Source: an uncultured virus (IMG/VR IMGVR_UViG_3300027798_000023)
Lineage: Duplodnaviria > Heunggongvirae > Uroviricota > Caudoviricetes
Reading direction: 5' to 3' (one strand)
Length of the DNA: 64,000 bases
Virus record (IMG/VR): IMGVR_UViG_3300027798_000023
Shown here piece by piece: positions 27,547 through 38,032 of the stretch. The translations under genes and the position numbers were made by a program. Position 1 is the stretch's first letter, and each line of letters begins with the position of its first letter. The notes below the pieces were generated by a model. The model was not told the origin of the DNA, made no database searches, and saw nothing but the letters and a program-made list of their open reading frames with translations.

Positions 27547-28892
27547 GTGAGATTTTTAAACCGTTCGATTACCAAAAGACAATGCTCAACTTTGGGGTTG
27601 GCAAAGACCGCTGTCTTTATTTTTGCTCACCCAGTATGGGTAAGACTGCAGTTACCCTGCAGCTTCTTAGCGATAGCATCCTCGACGGGAAGTCACGTGG
27701 TGCGCTTATCGTAGCCCCGATCCGCGTAGGGCTGATTACATGGCCTAACCAAGTTCGTAAATGGGATCACTCTGCGTGGATGCGGTGCGTCAATTTGCGG
27801 ACTAAGGAAGGCATACAGGCTTGGCGCGATGGCACAGCCGACATATACCTCATTAACCCTGAGATGATGCAGAAGTTGCTCCCAGAGTTAATGAAACAAA
27901 AAAGTATCCCAGTTGACACTTTGGTGGTTGACGAAATTTCACTTGCCAAGAATCACAGCAGCAAGCGGTTCAAAGCACTTCGCCAATACATCGACCGTTT
28001 CCCTTACCGCATAGGTCTTACGGGAACTCCCGTGCCGAACAACTACATGGACTTGTTTGCTCAAGTTCGTCTTATCGACGACGGAGAAAGACTGGGACGC
28101 AGCTTTACTAAGTTCCGTGACAGCCATTTTGTCAGTGATTACATGGGCTACAAATGGACAATCCGAGACGGAGCTAAGGAGCTTATTGACAGCAGATTGT
28201 CCGACATCGGTCTTGTCATGTTAAGCGATGACTATCTCGATGTCCCTACCTGCTCTACCGAAGACGTGGACATTACGCTTACTTCCGAGGCGAGGTCGCA
28301 ATACAAAACCTTGGAGAAAGAACTTCTGTTGCAGCTCAAAGACTCAGACGTAGTGGCGTTAAACGCAGCTACACTTACCATGAAGCTACTTCAAGTCACC
28401 AGTGGGGCGGTCTACGGCGAAGACCGAGTCGTCAACGAGCTTCACTCATGCAAGATGGACGCTCTTAAAAAGCTGCGTAAGAAGCACGGCAAAGAACCAA
28501 TGCTGGTCTTGACTGCATTCAAGCATGAACAGGAGCGTATCCTGCGCGAAATTAAGGGCAGCAAGATGTTCCACGAAAAAGACATCGAAGAGTGGAGAGC
28601 CGGACGTATCCACACGTGGGTAGCCCAGCCTGCGTCGTTATCGCACGGGATTGACGGTCTTCAGGACGGCGGTAGGATCGCAGTTTGGATGAGCCTGACA
28701 TGGAGTAACGAGGCTTACCAGCAGACCAACGCTCGCCTTGTCAGAACAGGGCAGTCGTTTGAGACAATCATCTACCGCCTGATTGCCAAAGACACCATCG
28801 ACGAAGCCGTTGCCGAGGCACTACGTGACAAGTCAAACATCCAAAACGGATTATTTAACGCACTCAAAGCCCTTCAAGCACTACGGCATTAG
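27543..28892 (+). CDS. SNF2-like SF2 helicase
   Basis: SMGKT, VVDE, LTGTP, HGIDGLQ, Q.NARL.R.GQ. Confidence 0.92.
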   Translation: MSEIFKPFDYQKTMLNFGVGKDRCLYFCSPSMGKTAVTLQLLSDSILDGKSRGALIVAPIRVGLITWPNQVRKWDHSAWMRCVNLRTKEGIQAWRDGTADIYLINPEMMQKLLPELMKQKSIPVDTLVVDEISLAKNHSSKRFKALRQYIDRFPYRIGLTGTPVPNNYMDLFAQVRLIDDGERLGRSFTKFRDSHFVSDYMGYKWTIRDGAKELIDSRLSDIGLVMLSDDYLDVPTCSTEDVDITLTSEARSQYKTLEKELLLQLKDSDVVALNAATLTMKLLQVTSGAVYGEDRVVNELHSCKMDALKKLRKKHGKEPMLVLTAFKHEQERILREIKGSKMFHEKDIEEWRAGRIHTWVAQPASLSHGIDGLQDGGRIAVWMSLTWSNEAYQQTNARLVRTGQSFETIIYRLIAKDTIDEAVAEALRDKSNIQNGLFNALKALQALRH

Positions 28893-29452
28893 CTTGTCTT
28901 TTGGTAGTGCATGGCGTCGCGACCCCAGAAAGCACCTGCTGCTAACCAACCGTGTTTTGCAAACACCTCCATGACACTGAACGGCATGTTGGCACTTACA
29001 GGCCATACCTGCTTATTGCGGTTCGTGTTTGGCATCAGGTCAATAGCCGCGCCACGAGCATGCAAGGATGGCAACGAGCCGCCACGCATTAAGCGATCAT
29101 TGTAGCATCCGGCATATTCGGCTAGTGCATCTTGTCCTTCTTTGAATTTGGACAAGGCGACAAGCACCATCAACAGCGAGTCGGCTACCTCCTGATTGCA
29201 TCTGACCGTATTGACGGGCTTACCGTCATACTTGACGCCCAATCCTGCGACCTTAAGGTTCACGAGGTTAGACTCATCACCCGCAGCACCGTAGGCTTTA
29301 GTCAAACTAGCTTGATCTGCGGAAGGAGACGTGTGACCAGCGGACAACTTTTTAAGATACTTCTGACACGCAGCAATGGACTTAGGACCCCAAAACCCGT
29401 CAGGTGTAACTCCTACCTTGGACTGGATGTCTTTTATTTGGGCTTGTGTCAT
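28889..29452 (-). CDS. endolysin, M15 family peptidase with N-terminal peptidoglycan-binding motif
   Basis: DGFWGPKS; GCYNDR..RGG...SLHARGAAIDL; DAMHYQ. Confidence 0.88.
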   Translation of the reverse strand: MTQAQIKDIQSKVGVTPDGFWGPKSIAACQKYLKKLSAGHTSPSADQASLTKAYGAAGDESNLVNLKVAGLGVKYDGKPVNTVRCNQEVADSLLMVLVALSKFKEGQDALAEYAGCYNDRLMRGGSLPSLHARGAAIDLMPNTNRNKQVWPVSANMPFSVMEVFAKHGWLAAGAFWGRDAMHYQKTS

Positions 29453-29850
29453 ACTTCGTGGGAAAACTTCTTTTTGTAACTCTTCCATCCGCCGAGGCGG
29501 ACTGCACGATATACTGTTTCCCTAGTTATCCAATTAACTCCGGCATTGAACATCGCTTCCTTGAAAATCAAATCAGCTTTTTTGCGGTCTGCGACAGGAA
29601 AAATCTCGCTTGAATCCTTGGAGTATAACCAGTCATGCACTAAACTGCTGGAGAAGTAGTTTGACCAAGGGTCTAGCAAAGACCAGAACACCTTTGGCAC
29701 ACTGGCCCCATCGCTGTAAAACTTTGCAGGGATAGTGATCGTCCCTACCGAAGAGTGATAGCGGAAGTTAGCGGTCAACTGAAAGATGCGACAATCGCCC
29801 CGCATTCCTGCGTCTTTAAACTGCGCTACATCCGGAAAGTAATCAGTCAC
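29449..29850 (-). CDS. DUF1353 family protein
   Basis: IP..F.SDGASVP, VHDWLY, AD.IF.EAM, Y.AVRLGG. Confidence 0.88.
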   Translation of the reverse strand: MTDYFPDVAQFKDAGMRGDCRIFQLTANFRYHSSVGTITIPAKFYSDGASVPKVFWSLLDPWSNYFSSSLVHDWLYSKDSSEIFPVADRKKADLIFKEAMFNAGVNWITRETVYRAVRLGGWKSYKKKFSHEV

Positions 29851-30038
29851 TTTTTCTTATTTTTAAGATCTTTCCAAAGTTTGATTATCATCAGAACTGA
29901 TACCAGCATACCAGCGGAAAAAGATCCGAGCTGCATCAGTGCTGTAAGATCCTGAACGACTGTAGCAGAATACGAAAGTGTCGCGCCTGCAATTCCAGTT
30001 GCTCCATTTAAAAGTGTTTGTGCAGGCGAGTCGTGCAT
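29847..30038 (-). CDS. putative holin
   Basis: 63 aa, two hydrophobic segments, basic C-terminus, in lysis cluster. Confidence 0.65.
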   Translation of the reverse strand: MHDSPAQTLLNGATGIAGATLSYSATVVQDLTALMQLGSFSAGMLVSVLMIIKLWKDLKNKKK

Positions 30039-30043
30039 ATTTT

Positions 30044-30334
30044 TTACAGGATTGAGGCTTTAATGGAATCAAGAAGCGCACAGTTATCTTCGCCAAGAGC
30101 AGCGTTGATTGCGGCTGCACTTACGGCAGCTACAGCAGGACGTGCTGGACGAGCTGGGATCTTGCGACCATCTGGAAGAGTCTGCTCTGGTGTCGCTTCG
30201 ACAGCGGCAATAGCAGGGATGCCTTCAGTGCGAATAGCATCGACTCGTTTAGCGGTATTCAGGATCTCGTTTACAAGACGCGCTGCGACTTGATTAGCGA
30301 TGACGGATTCGGTTGGAGTAATTTCTTTTAGCAT
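30044..30334 (-). CDS. hypothetical protein (possible tail-fibre chaperone)
   Basis: Directly downstream of the fibre gene. Confidence 0.6.
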   Translation of the reverse strand: MLKEITPTESVIANQVAARLVNEILNTAKRVDAIRTEGIPAIAAVEATPEQTLPDGRKIPARPARPAVAAVSAAAINAALGEDNCALLDSIKASIL

Positions 30335-30358
30335 ATAGTTAGTTGGTTAAGTGAGAAT

Positions 30359-32431
30359 TTATGAGAGATAAGCAATAACTTTCCAGTCTGTGCCATTAAA
30401 GCAAGCAAGAACTTTTTCAGTGCCTCCGTTGGTAACAACTGCTCCGAGGCTCACTGGACTATCAGCATCGTTGACGTAGCACATGGTTCCCTCGACAGGG
30501 GATGCTGGGAGGGATGCGTATGCTGTTGGGGTGAAGGATGCACCGTAGATGAGAGATGGTGGTCCAGTTTCTGCTTTGTTGCTAATGTAGTCGGCAGCCA
30601 TTCCATCTCCATACAGGAAATATGCTTCAAAGTTATATGACCCAAGATCTATGTTTGCTCCAGTTGTAAGCCCGTAAGGGAAGCTGGCTGCACCCGTGCC
30701 TGCTGCGTCTGTATATGCCACGCCATGAAACCCACCGCTGCCTGCGTAAACATCTGCAAAATCAGCAATTCCACCAGTTAATTTGCCAGTGGCGTTTGAC
30801 CAATCCAGCATGACTGTCGTGCCGTCAGATGCGAAGAGTTGGCGATTTGCCCAGTTTAGTGAATCAACCCCCGAACTATCAATGAGTTTGCGTAAGTTCC
30901 ACTCAAGTGACGCATACGTAGATGTAGTTGAATCAAACAAGCGTCTATCGTTGGGATCGATGGCGAAGTTACCACTGTAATCAGAGATGCCTGTGCCGCC
31001 AGCACCCATTCTTAGAACGGGAATGTCTACGAAACTCGCCGCGTCACCCCAGCTTAACAATGCTGTTGAGCCGTCATATCCAATGAGTTGGCGGGTGCCC
31101 CAGTTAAGTGCTGGGATAAATGATGAACCATTATAACCCTGTAACTCTGCTAACTGCCAAGCTACTCGCTTGTCTGTATAGCCACCACCCAAATAACCAC
31201 TAGACCAATCTATTTCTACAGACCCAGAGTTAGTGTATATTGTCTGGTTGTATAAATCTATCCTCAATAGACCTGTGGTCTGATCGTATAAGTCATCCAC
31301 ATACAATCCGTAATTCGCAACGAGTTCTGCGTTCATGTTGATCGCGTCAACATTGCCCATTGTAATACTGGAACTACCCACACCTCCAGTTGCCTCGATG
31401 TATGCACCTGTTCCGATTGTTGCCCAATAAATGCTTTCTCCGTCAGCCATCGTTAAACCAGCAGGGAAATGAGCAGCATCGCCATTAGAGAAATATCCAG
31501 CACTTGCATAATCGTTAAATCCTCCAGCTTCAGAAACAACTCCGTAGCTTGTGCCAGAGTAGCCTTGAACACCTACTCCAGACGAAGAAGCCCCATAAAC
31601 ACCATTTCCGTTGCTAGTATTGTTTCCGTATATAGCTGGGTTGTATCCAACAGCCGTAGCTTGTATAGATATTGCGTCTCCTGCGACTGTCGTTACGTCA
31701 AGTCCCATGCCCGTTCCAATGTTGTCAATCTTTGCGGCTGCTAAACTGCCAGCGGCATATATTTCCGCCCCTGTTCCGATAGCGCTGGACATAAAAGCAG
31801 CTGTTCCGCCGTAACTACCCATGCTTGCCCCTTTGCCTAATCCAGTATTGTAAAACCATGCGCCTTCGCCGCCGTTAGCTTCTGCATAAATCATTGGCTG
31901 TGCACCAGTATTGATAATGCGCAAAGCAGGGTAGAGGTCGCCAGTTGTTGGATCGTCTCCTGCTGTCGCAGAGGTTGATGTAAGATCAATACCGCTGTAT
32001 TGGTTAAGGAATGCTGATGTGAATATTTCCCACACAGCAGCACCAGTTGTTGCATCTGTGCAAAGATAGACTGTTCCGTCATCAAGGATGCGGCGTGATC
32101 CAACCATGTATCCTTTGGTTTCGTCGTCAGATGTGTCAGGAATATCGGTGAATCCAAATTGCTCAACACGAATCGTAAAGCCGTCCTGACCCATGACGTA
32201 GAGTCGTCCTGCTTCCCACTTGAACTCATAATCAAGTGAGCAGACCATAGCGATACCACCTGCGCCGCCGTTGCCAGCGTCAGTAAGACCCTCTCTGAGT
32301 CTTGAGGCATTCGCAAAGTTAATGTCTGCACCAGAGTCCATCGTGCCTCCAGCAAGTGGGAGGAAAACATCGGCTGGATCTGTTTCAGCCAAGAAAGCGT
32401 CCATCTGGGAAGATAAAATAAGGTCAGGCAT
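30359..32431 (-). CDS. tail fibre / receptor-binding protein
   Basis: Gly/Ser-rich beta repeats (GVYG.S..G; L.W..R.L.D); C-terminal ASLPASPVEG...FNGTDW module. Confidence 0.8.
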   Translation of the reverse strand: MPDLILSSQMDAFLAETDPADVFLPLAGGTMDSGADINFANASRLREGLTDAGNGGAGGIAMVCSLDYEFKWEAGRLYVMGQDGFTIRVEQFGFTDIPDTSDDETKGYMVGSRRILDDGTVYLCTDATTGAAVWEIFTSAFLNQYSGIDLTSTSATAGDDPTTGDLYPALRIINTGAQPMIYAEANGGEGAWFYNTGLGKGASMGSYGGTAAFMSSAIGTGAEIYAAGSLAAAKIDNIGTGMGLDVTTVAGDAISIQATAVGYNPAIYGNNTSNGNGVYGASSSGVGVQGYSGTSYGVVSEAGGFNDYASAGYFSNGDAAHFPAGLTMADGESIYWATIGTGAYIEATGGVGSSSITMGNVDAINMNAELVANYGLYVDDLYDQTTGLLRIDLYNQTIYTNSGSVEIDWSSGYLGGGYTDKRVAWQLAELQGYNGSSFIPALNWGTRQLIGYDGSTALLSWGDAASFVDIPVLRMGAGGTGISDYSGNFAIDPNDRRLFDSTTSTYASLEWNLRKLIDSSGVDSLNWANRQLFASDGTTVMLDWSNATGKLTGGIADFADVYAGSGGFHGVAYTDAAGTGAASFPYGLTTGANIDLGSYNFEAYFLYGDGMAADYISNKAETGPPSLIYGASFTPTAYASLPASPVEGTMCYVNDADSPVSLGAVVTNGGTEKVLACFNGTDWKVIAYLS

Positions 32432-32433
32432 AA

Positions 32434-32574
32434 TTAGTATCGTTTGTAAGTTGATGTCTCGTCGGGTCTAAGGTAAGATGAAGTTCCGTCTGGGCGTTTA
32501 AATACGAAGATACCATGCGGAGTGGCTTCCACTCTGCAGTTTGATAATGATAACGATAGGCCGAAAAACAACAT
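32434..32574 (-). CDS. 46-aa virion-associated protein missed by the ORF track
   Basis: Manual translation MLFFGLSLSLSNCRVEATPHGIFVFKRPDGTSSYLRPDETSTYKRY; fills the gap; internal RPDxTS repeat. Confidence 0.7.
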   Translation of the reverse strand: MLFFGLSLSLSNCRVEATPHGIFVFKRPDGTSSYLRPDETSTYKRY

Positions 32575-32595
32575 AACACAATGACTTTAATGGAT

Positions 32596-32886
32596 TTACA
32601 CTCTTGAAGCAGCAATAGACACGCGAACAACTCCGGTAGCAAGGCTAATTGAAGTGAACCGTCCAAACAAAGTGAACCCCGCTGGATAGGTTTGAGCTGC
32701 TGCTACGGAAGATCCGGAACCGCCAAGGACTGAAGCCGCAGTATCTCCTGAATCAACCAAGGTAGTGAAGGTTGTTTCTTCAAGGCATTGGATAGCTACA
32801 AACTCGCCAGTAATGGTGTCGGATGCTGGAACAAGCGTGACTGTTCCTGCTTCGGAAAAAAGTTGTTTGGAAGTGTGGTTTAACAT
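32596..32886 (-). CDS. small beta-rich virion protein
   Basis: AIQCLEETTFTTL...YPAGFTLFGRFTSISLATG pattern; structural operon. Confidence 0.7.
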   Translation of the reverse strand: MLNHTSKQLFSEAGTVTLVPASDTITGEFVAIQCLEETTFTTLVDSGDTAASVLGGSGSSVAAAQTYPAGFTLFGRFTSISLATGVVRVSIAASRV

Positions 32887-32898
32887 ATTGGTGGGGTT

Positions 32899-33882
32899 TT
32901 AGTAGTTGCTGTGAATTGCATAACCTGAACTGTTGACAAGATCAAGGTCTAATCTCGGTATTGCTGCACCACGAGATGCGTCTTTTTCGTCTTGGAGCAT
33001 CTGTTTGCATACGCTCCAATGATAATTCGCACGTTCAACGTCGGCATTATCTTCGGCAAGTTTACCCAAAAGTGCGTGTTTCCAAGCTGAAAGATTGCCA
33101 AGGTATACGATGTCTGCTGAGTCAGAGGCGTTAAGCCAAGAGCGTTTAACCAAGACGTGGACGTAGGTCGTGTCACGTGCGCCACCAACCCTGAACCTCC
33201 GATAACGAACCAGATCAGACCCTTTCAGGATCTCTGCAATCGTGGTATCTGAGTCATCGACATCCGTTCTTACTTGAACAGGCAGGGTAAGATCTACGCC
33301 CCTGATCTCGTCAAAGAACATCACAGGCTCTGAAAACACTACTGTGAGGTTTGTAGCCCCCGTAACCGTGCCAGTCAATCTAAGACCCGTTTCCGTAGTG
33401 GCGCGGATGACAATGTCTCCATCACCGAGGTCTTCTGAGGTCAATGGGGTGTTGTCATCTTTTGCTAAATACAGAGTAGTGATCGCCGTCACCTCATCAA
33501 AAGTATCAACATTTTGGATGCTCGTAAGCTCTCGCTTGCAAGCCGCGTAGTTCATGTCAATAAGCCCACACATGTCAGGCAGATAGTTGACGTTCCCTAG
33601 AGTTGACATGTCATGGAACGATGCAAACACCTTTTGCGGTCTATCATTGATGTTCGCAAAAAGAACCGATTCGGTGTCGCGATCAAGCGAGATATACCCG
33701 TCAGCACCAAGGTAAACCTGTTCAGTGACAAGGTCTCGCCACATACCCAAAGCGTAAACACGTGGGCCAACTTCATTCATTGCGTTGACGAAATCTGCGC
33801 CGGGTTCAATGTAATTGCCCGAATTTGACGTCCCCGCAGTGGCGAGCGCAAGCTGTAATTGACCTAGTGTAGTGGCAGGCAT
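32899..33882 (-). CDS. putative head-tail adaptor / tail tubular protein
   Basis: Helical N- and C-termini flanking a beta core; first gene of the tail operon. Confidence 0.55.
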   Translation of the reverse strand: MPATTLGQLQLALATAGTSNSGNYIEPGADFVNAMNEVGPRVYALGMWRDLVTEQVYLGADGYISLDRDTESVLFANINDRPQKVFASFHDMSTLGNVNYLPDMCGLIDMNYAACKRELTSIQNVDTFDEVTAITTLYLAKDDNTPLTSEDLGDGDIVIRATTETGLRLTGTVTGATNLTVVFSEPVMFFDEIRGVDLTLPVQVRTDVDDSDTTIAEILKGSDLVRYRRFRVGGARDTTYVHVLVKRSWLNASDSADIVYLGNLSAWKHALLGKLAEDNADVERANYHWSVCKQMLQDEKDASRGAAIPRLDLDLVNSSGYAIHSNY

Positions 33883-33966
33883 ACGCAATACTATTACTAA
33901 ACTTGCGCACTAATCAAGCCTAAATAAAATAAATGTCCTTAGATGCCTATCCAAGCAATTAAAATT

Positions 33967-34248
33967 TTACCATTTATTTTTTGGGCAATGGGATGACCTC
34001 AGTCTAGCTTTGAATTTCATATAGCAACCGCAGGATGAACATTTGCTTTTCTCGTTATCAAACTGATCGCATCCGTGGCAGATGCCTAGTCTTTCTTGCA
34101 CGTCTTCAGTAGAAATAGAAGACTCTCTTTTCGCAAGAGCTTTAGACTCAGATAACACTGCTTTAACTAAACCGTGAGCCTTAGTAAGCATTGTAGCTGG
34201 AGCAAGAAATCCAGCGTCTCTCTGTTGTTTCCATTCGGCATTAGTCAT
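33967..34248 (-). CDS. DUF6171-like Cys-rich protein
   Basis: RL.IC..C..F...C..CGC...K......CP..KW. Confidence 0.75.
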   Translation of the reverse strand: MTNAEWKQQRDAGFLAPATMLTKAHGLVKAVLSESKALAKRESSISTEDVQERLGICHGCDQFDNEKSKCSSCGCYMKFKARLRSSHCPKNKW

Positions 34249-35003
34249 GGTAGGATAAAGTAAAAGACTTGTGAATCATCGGGGACTGGATCTGCGTCGG
34301 GACACATATCCCCACTCAATGAATCATTATAGCGGATCGCGCCCAGCGGATCGAATAGCTTAAATTCAAAAAAATCATCTGACACACAGTTGGTTCGTGT
34401 AAACACCAGTTCATTAGTGCCTGCTAGTTCTAAAAATGCCTCATCAACGTGGAAGCATATGTTTGTAAAATCTTCCCCGTCATAATTTCCAATAACGTTT
34501 CCATTTATAGTAATGTCCCAACTATTATCTAATACTCCATTTGAATTATCTGCACAAAATATCCATCCACAGGAACCCCAATTTAATACTTCAGCTTCTA
34601 CAATAATTATCGGATCTTCGTAATAAAGGGTAAGTCCCACAGGATCACACTTAACCGTATGGTTTTCGTAGTTAGCTAAAGAGATCGGCGGGTTGGGGTC
34701 ATCTAATACCGTAGTTAAAAATACTCCTTGATACCAAAGTTCCCAAACTAATGTTACAGTATTCCATTTAAGCTCTATAAGATAATTAAAATTATCAGGA
34801 TCGTATTGCCCTGAGTAGTAACCACCAAGATGTGGAGGGACAGGATTGAGCGAGCCAGTCATCGTTATTTGTTGGCTGCCGATTGCATAGTCATTAAACC
34901 TAATACAAATATATGGTTCATTAGGGCATTCTCCGCAGCAAAGACACGATGGAAGTCCTCCTATCGTAATGATTTCTCCTGTAGGTGTAACTCGTATTTC
35001 CAT
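34245..35003 (-). CDS. Cys/Trp-rich putative tail-tip or adhesin protein
   Basis: N-terminal CLCCGEC; acidic beta-rich; visibly AT-richer DNA. Confidence 0.6.
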   Translation of the reverse strand: MEIRVTPTGEIITIGGLPSCLCCGECPNEPYICIRFNDYAIGSQQITMTGSLNPVPPHLGGYYSGQYDPDNFNYLIELKWNTVTLVWELWYQGVFLTTVLDDPNPPISLANYENHTVKCDPVGLTLYYEDPIIIVEAEVLNWGSCGWIFCADNSNGVLDNSWDITINGNVIGNYDGEDFTNICFHVDEAFLELAGTNELVFTRTNCVSDDFFEFKLFDPLGAIRYNDSLSGDMCPDADPVPDDSQVFYFILP

Positions 35004-35951
35004 TTATGGAGTGCTTTCGCATTCGTAAGTTGCTGTCCAAGAAGGAACGGTTCCATCGTGCGTTAAGACGTGTAATCCTGAAGTTGGTGCTGGCAACTTA
35101 ACCCAAGACCCAGTTTCAGCAGTTCCATCGTAATAAAGAATATCTCCCTGAACTCCTGTAGGTAGACCGATTAAAGCATAATCATCCCCATCTCCACCGT
35201 TCTCCATTGTCAATCCTCTTAGCCCTTTGAGAACTCTTAGCCTAAATGTGCCGTCTTCTTGAAGACTTTCCTTCATTACAGTCGCTTCATCTGTGCTGTA
35301 AAAAGTTGTGTTCTCTACTCTGCGTGGAGTGTGATGTTCGATAATGCCTGTGCGGTGCATCACTACTGCAAGAATCGGATCTTCGTCTTCCCCAGCAATG
35401 TTAATAATCTCGCATATCTTCCACACTCGGTTGCCTGCGGCTCCAGTAGCATCCTCTCCGCCAATCAGTTTAGCAGCAGAGTTTAATTCATCTGGCCATT
35501 CTTCTCCGTGGTCAAAGGTAGGATCTTCTAAATCGCCAGAAGCATTTTCGACCGCAATCACCCAACACTTTGTTCCCTCATCAATATCAATCTTAGAGCT
35601 GGTAGTCGGCATGTTGCCTACTGGAGTGCTTGTCATAGTAGCCGCTTCAGTTAGCCCATATGAATGAACATAGCCTTGCACCATGTGCAGCTTTGTCGTA
35701 ACTGTTCTACTAATATAATTGCCCTCTCCGTCGTAAACCGGAGTCCCAATTTCAGTAATAATTGGAAAGAATGGAGGATACTTAGGTTGGCCAAATGGCG
35801 TATCTTGTTCTAAATCCGGTTCCTCTACATTGACGTCAATATAGAATGGTTTTGGGGTAAACCATTGGACTTTTGGAAGAGTCAACTCTGGAATACTGTT
35901 TTCAAGATTTGGATTATTTGTGGGTGCTGGTGGTTGTATTGTCTCGCTCAT
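35004..35951 (-). CDS. putative tail protein
   Basis: GDILYYDG...W..L.AP..G..VL fibre-type motif. Confidence 0.6.
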   Translation of the reverse strand: MSETIQPPAPTNNPNLENSIPELTLPKVQWFTPKPFYIDVNVEEPDLEQDTPFGQPKYPPFFPIITEIGTPVYDGEGNYISRTVTTKLHMVQGYVHSYGLTEAATMTSTPVGNMPTTSSKIDIDEGTKCWVIAVENASGDLEDPTFDHGEEWPDELNSAAKLIGGEDATGAAGNRVWKICEIINIAGEDEDPILAVVMHRTGIIEHHTPRRVENTTFYSTDEATVMKESLQEDGTFRLRVLKGLRGLTMENGGDGDDYALIGLPTGVQGDILYYDGTAETGSWVKLPAPTSGLHVLTHDGTVPSWTATYECESTP

Positions 35952-35952
35952 A

Positions 35953-37902
35953 TTAACTAGGTTTGTTAATCACCCACTCGGTTACAAGATACCCGCCCAT
36001 GTACGGTTTGCTTTCAGACCATTCAATAGTATCAGGCCAATCAGTGAAATTTGTTGCTTCAAATGACTCTGTTTCAGAATACGGCTCCCACACTGGATCG
36101 TTTGTTCCAGTTGAAACAAAAAAGTCTACTACAGGATGTAAACACGGCGGCAGATCAACAGTGAAATACATGCACTGAAATCTAAGTCCTTTGGGGATCA
36201 TTTGCTGAGGAGACGTAGGGGTGTAAGGATCTTTTTGCCAGTATTGAGTTACGGCTACTTCTTGAGGTCCAGTAAACGCTGATCTAAATTTAATTACTGG
36301 AACAGACAAAATAGTTCCGTTCCTTTTTTCATACGTTTTAATGTAAAGATCTTCTAACACCGGAGGCCATTCATAATTAACGATGTCAGTCCATGTTCTT
36401 GTCTCTGGGCTTGCGACACGTTTTGTGGTTTTAATGGCATAGTCGGTATTGTACGGCTCAAATACTTCGACTGTCCCGTCTTCTCCGACTTCAGTTTCTA
36501 TGGCATCACCAAATGGGACAACCTCTTGGTATTCTAAATACCCAATGCCTGTGCGTTGGTCAAAAGAAGTTGAAGGCAGAGGGACAGGCTCAAGTCCATT
36601 GTCAAACGTAGTTGTTTTTGTTTGATGTATCGTGCCTTTACTTGTCCTTTGAACTGCTTCGTCTAAACCAAATGCTGGAAGCGCAGGTGCTGTTACGTTT
36701 ATTTCTATTTCCGTAACCGTTGTAGGTTTGCCACCGCCTTCAAAAAATTTATCTGGTGGGAGTCTATTTGAAACATTCTGCGTCTCGTCTTCCAAGGACA
36801 ACGCTTGTTTGGTAGCCTTAACCGCCAAGCATCCTTCGATCACTCCGTACTCCGTTGTTTCACCTTCTGCCGTCAACGCTTGACGTGTGTCTGGAACTTC
36901 GTCATCGCTTACAAGCTCATTCTGCGTAGGGTAAGCATACCCATCGTCTGGCAGGTAATTTAGTTCATTGACGACTCGTAAGCCTGCAGCATTACGAGAG
37001 ATGGTAGTATACCTCATGTACTTACCCCATTTAAGGATTTTCACCATCGTTCCGATTTCGACATCAGGTAGCGGACTATAAGGTCCCACTGTGTTGTTTG
37101 CCGTGGTTTCGGTTTCTGATGTTTCGTCAGCAGGGCAATAGAATTTTTTAGGACCGCGTCTGTCTAACTCCCACTCCCAAATATCTTCAAGGTTAATCCA
37201 TTGACGTTGGGTTACTTCCCACCAGTTTTCTGAAAGTTGTTTTGCGACATTACCAAAACCGTTTTCATCAAGATCCCAGTAATTATCATCAGGATCATCA
37301 ACTAAACTTTCGATAGTTGATCCACCAAGAGCCTCACCTCGATAAAACAATTCATTGGTTATTTGCTGTGCAGTCCCCGTTTCTCGATTGATTTCGATGT
37401 CGATTAAAACAACTTTTTTTACGTAAACACGTTTTTCAAAAATGTATATAGAAGACAGTTCTGCTTCTGGAGATTCAACTGCGGTTCTTGATGCTAAGAC
37501 GTAATCTCCAGAGAACATACCTTCCGGAGTGTCTTCCATGCTTTCGCCCTGTTCTGGAGAATCGGGAGTGAACGTGTCCCGCATAATCATGTAATTCCTA
37601 GTTACAGCATCGTATTTGTTTCCACCGATGTCTGCTTCGGAATACGTCCAGTTATACAGGTCTTGGGTGTTCCTATCAGCAGCGTAAAAATACTCAAACA
37701 CATCTTGTGCGTCTGGTTCTTCGCGCTCTTTAACAAGAACAAGTTTATGGTCTGGCCATCTAGTCGAGTTTGGGTGGGCTGTCCCATACGCCGGATGGTT
37801 ACGGGTTTGAGCTACCACGCGTTCAGAAAACAATACATCCCCAATCAATGGGGTTGGATACATTAACTTTGATTGTCTTATTGCTGAAGGTCGTGATGCC
37901 AT
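35953..37902 (-). CDS. putative tail structural protein (649 aa)
   Basis: Acidic, beta-rich; YGTAHP...WPDHKLV N-terminus; structural cluster. Confidence 0.6.
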   Translation of the reverse strand: MASRPSAIRQSKLMYPTPLIGDVLFSERVVAQTRNHPAYGTAHPNSTRWPDHKLVLVKEREEPDAQDVFEYFYAADRNTQDLYNWTYSEADIGGNKYDAVTRNYMIMRDTFTPDSPEQGESMEDTPEGMFSGDYVLASRTAVESPEAELSSIYIFEKRVYVKKVVLIDIEINRETGTAQQITNELFYRGEALGGSTIESLVDDPDDNYWDLDENGFGNVAKQLSENWWEVTQRQWINLEDIWEWELDRRGPKKFYCPADETSETETTANNTVGPYSPLPDVEIGTMVKILKWGKYMRYTTISRNAAGLRVVNELNYLPDDGYAYPTQNELVSDDEVPDTRQALTAEGETTEYGVIEGCLAVKATKQALSLEDETQNVSNRLPPDKFFEGGGKPTTVTEIEINVTAPALPAFGLDEAVQRTSKGTIHQTKTTTFDNGLEPVPLPSTSFDQRTGIGYLEYQEVVPFGDAIETEVGEDGTVEVFEPYNTDYAIKTTKRVASPETRTWTDIVNYEWPPVLEDLYIKTYEKRNGTILSVPVIKFRSAFTGPQEVAVTQYWQKDPYTPTSPQQMIPKGLRFQCMYFTVDLPPCLHPVVDFFVSTGTNDPVWEPYSETESFEATNFTDWPDTIEWSESKPYMGGYLVTEWVINKPS

Positions 37903-37908
37903 GATGAA

Positions 37909-38022
37909 TTAAGGGTAATTTAAAATAACCGCAAAGACAACACCTAAAGCAATTACCACCGACAAGATCAACACCATCGGTTCGGTTGGTTCTTTTGGGT
38001 TGTATGGGTAAGTATGCTTCAT
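37909..38022 (-). CDS. 37-aa single-TM protein missed by the ORF track
   Basis: MKHTYPYNPKEPTEPMVLILSVVIALGVVFAVILNYP. Confidence 0.55.
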   Translation of the reverse strand: MKHTYPYNPKEPTEPMVLILSVVIALGVVFAVILNYP

Positions 38023-38032
38023 TGCTTAAACG

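Noticed and set aside
30359..35003. Diversity-generating retroelement
   Set aside because: No reverse transcriptase and no template/variable repeat pair noticed.
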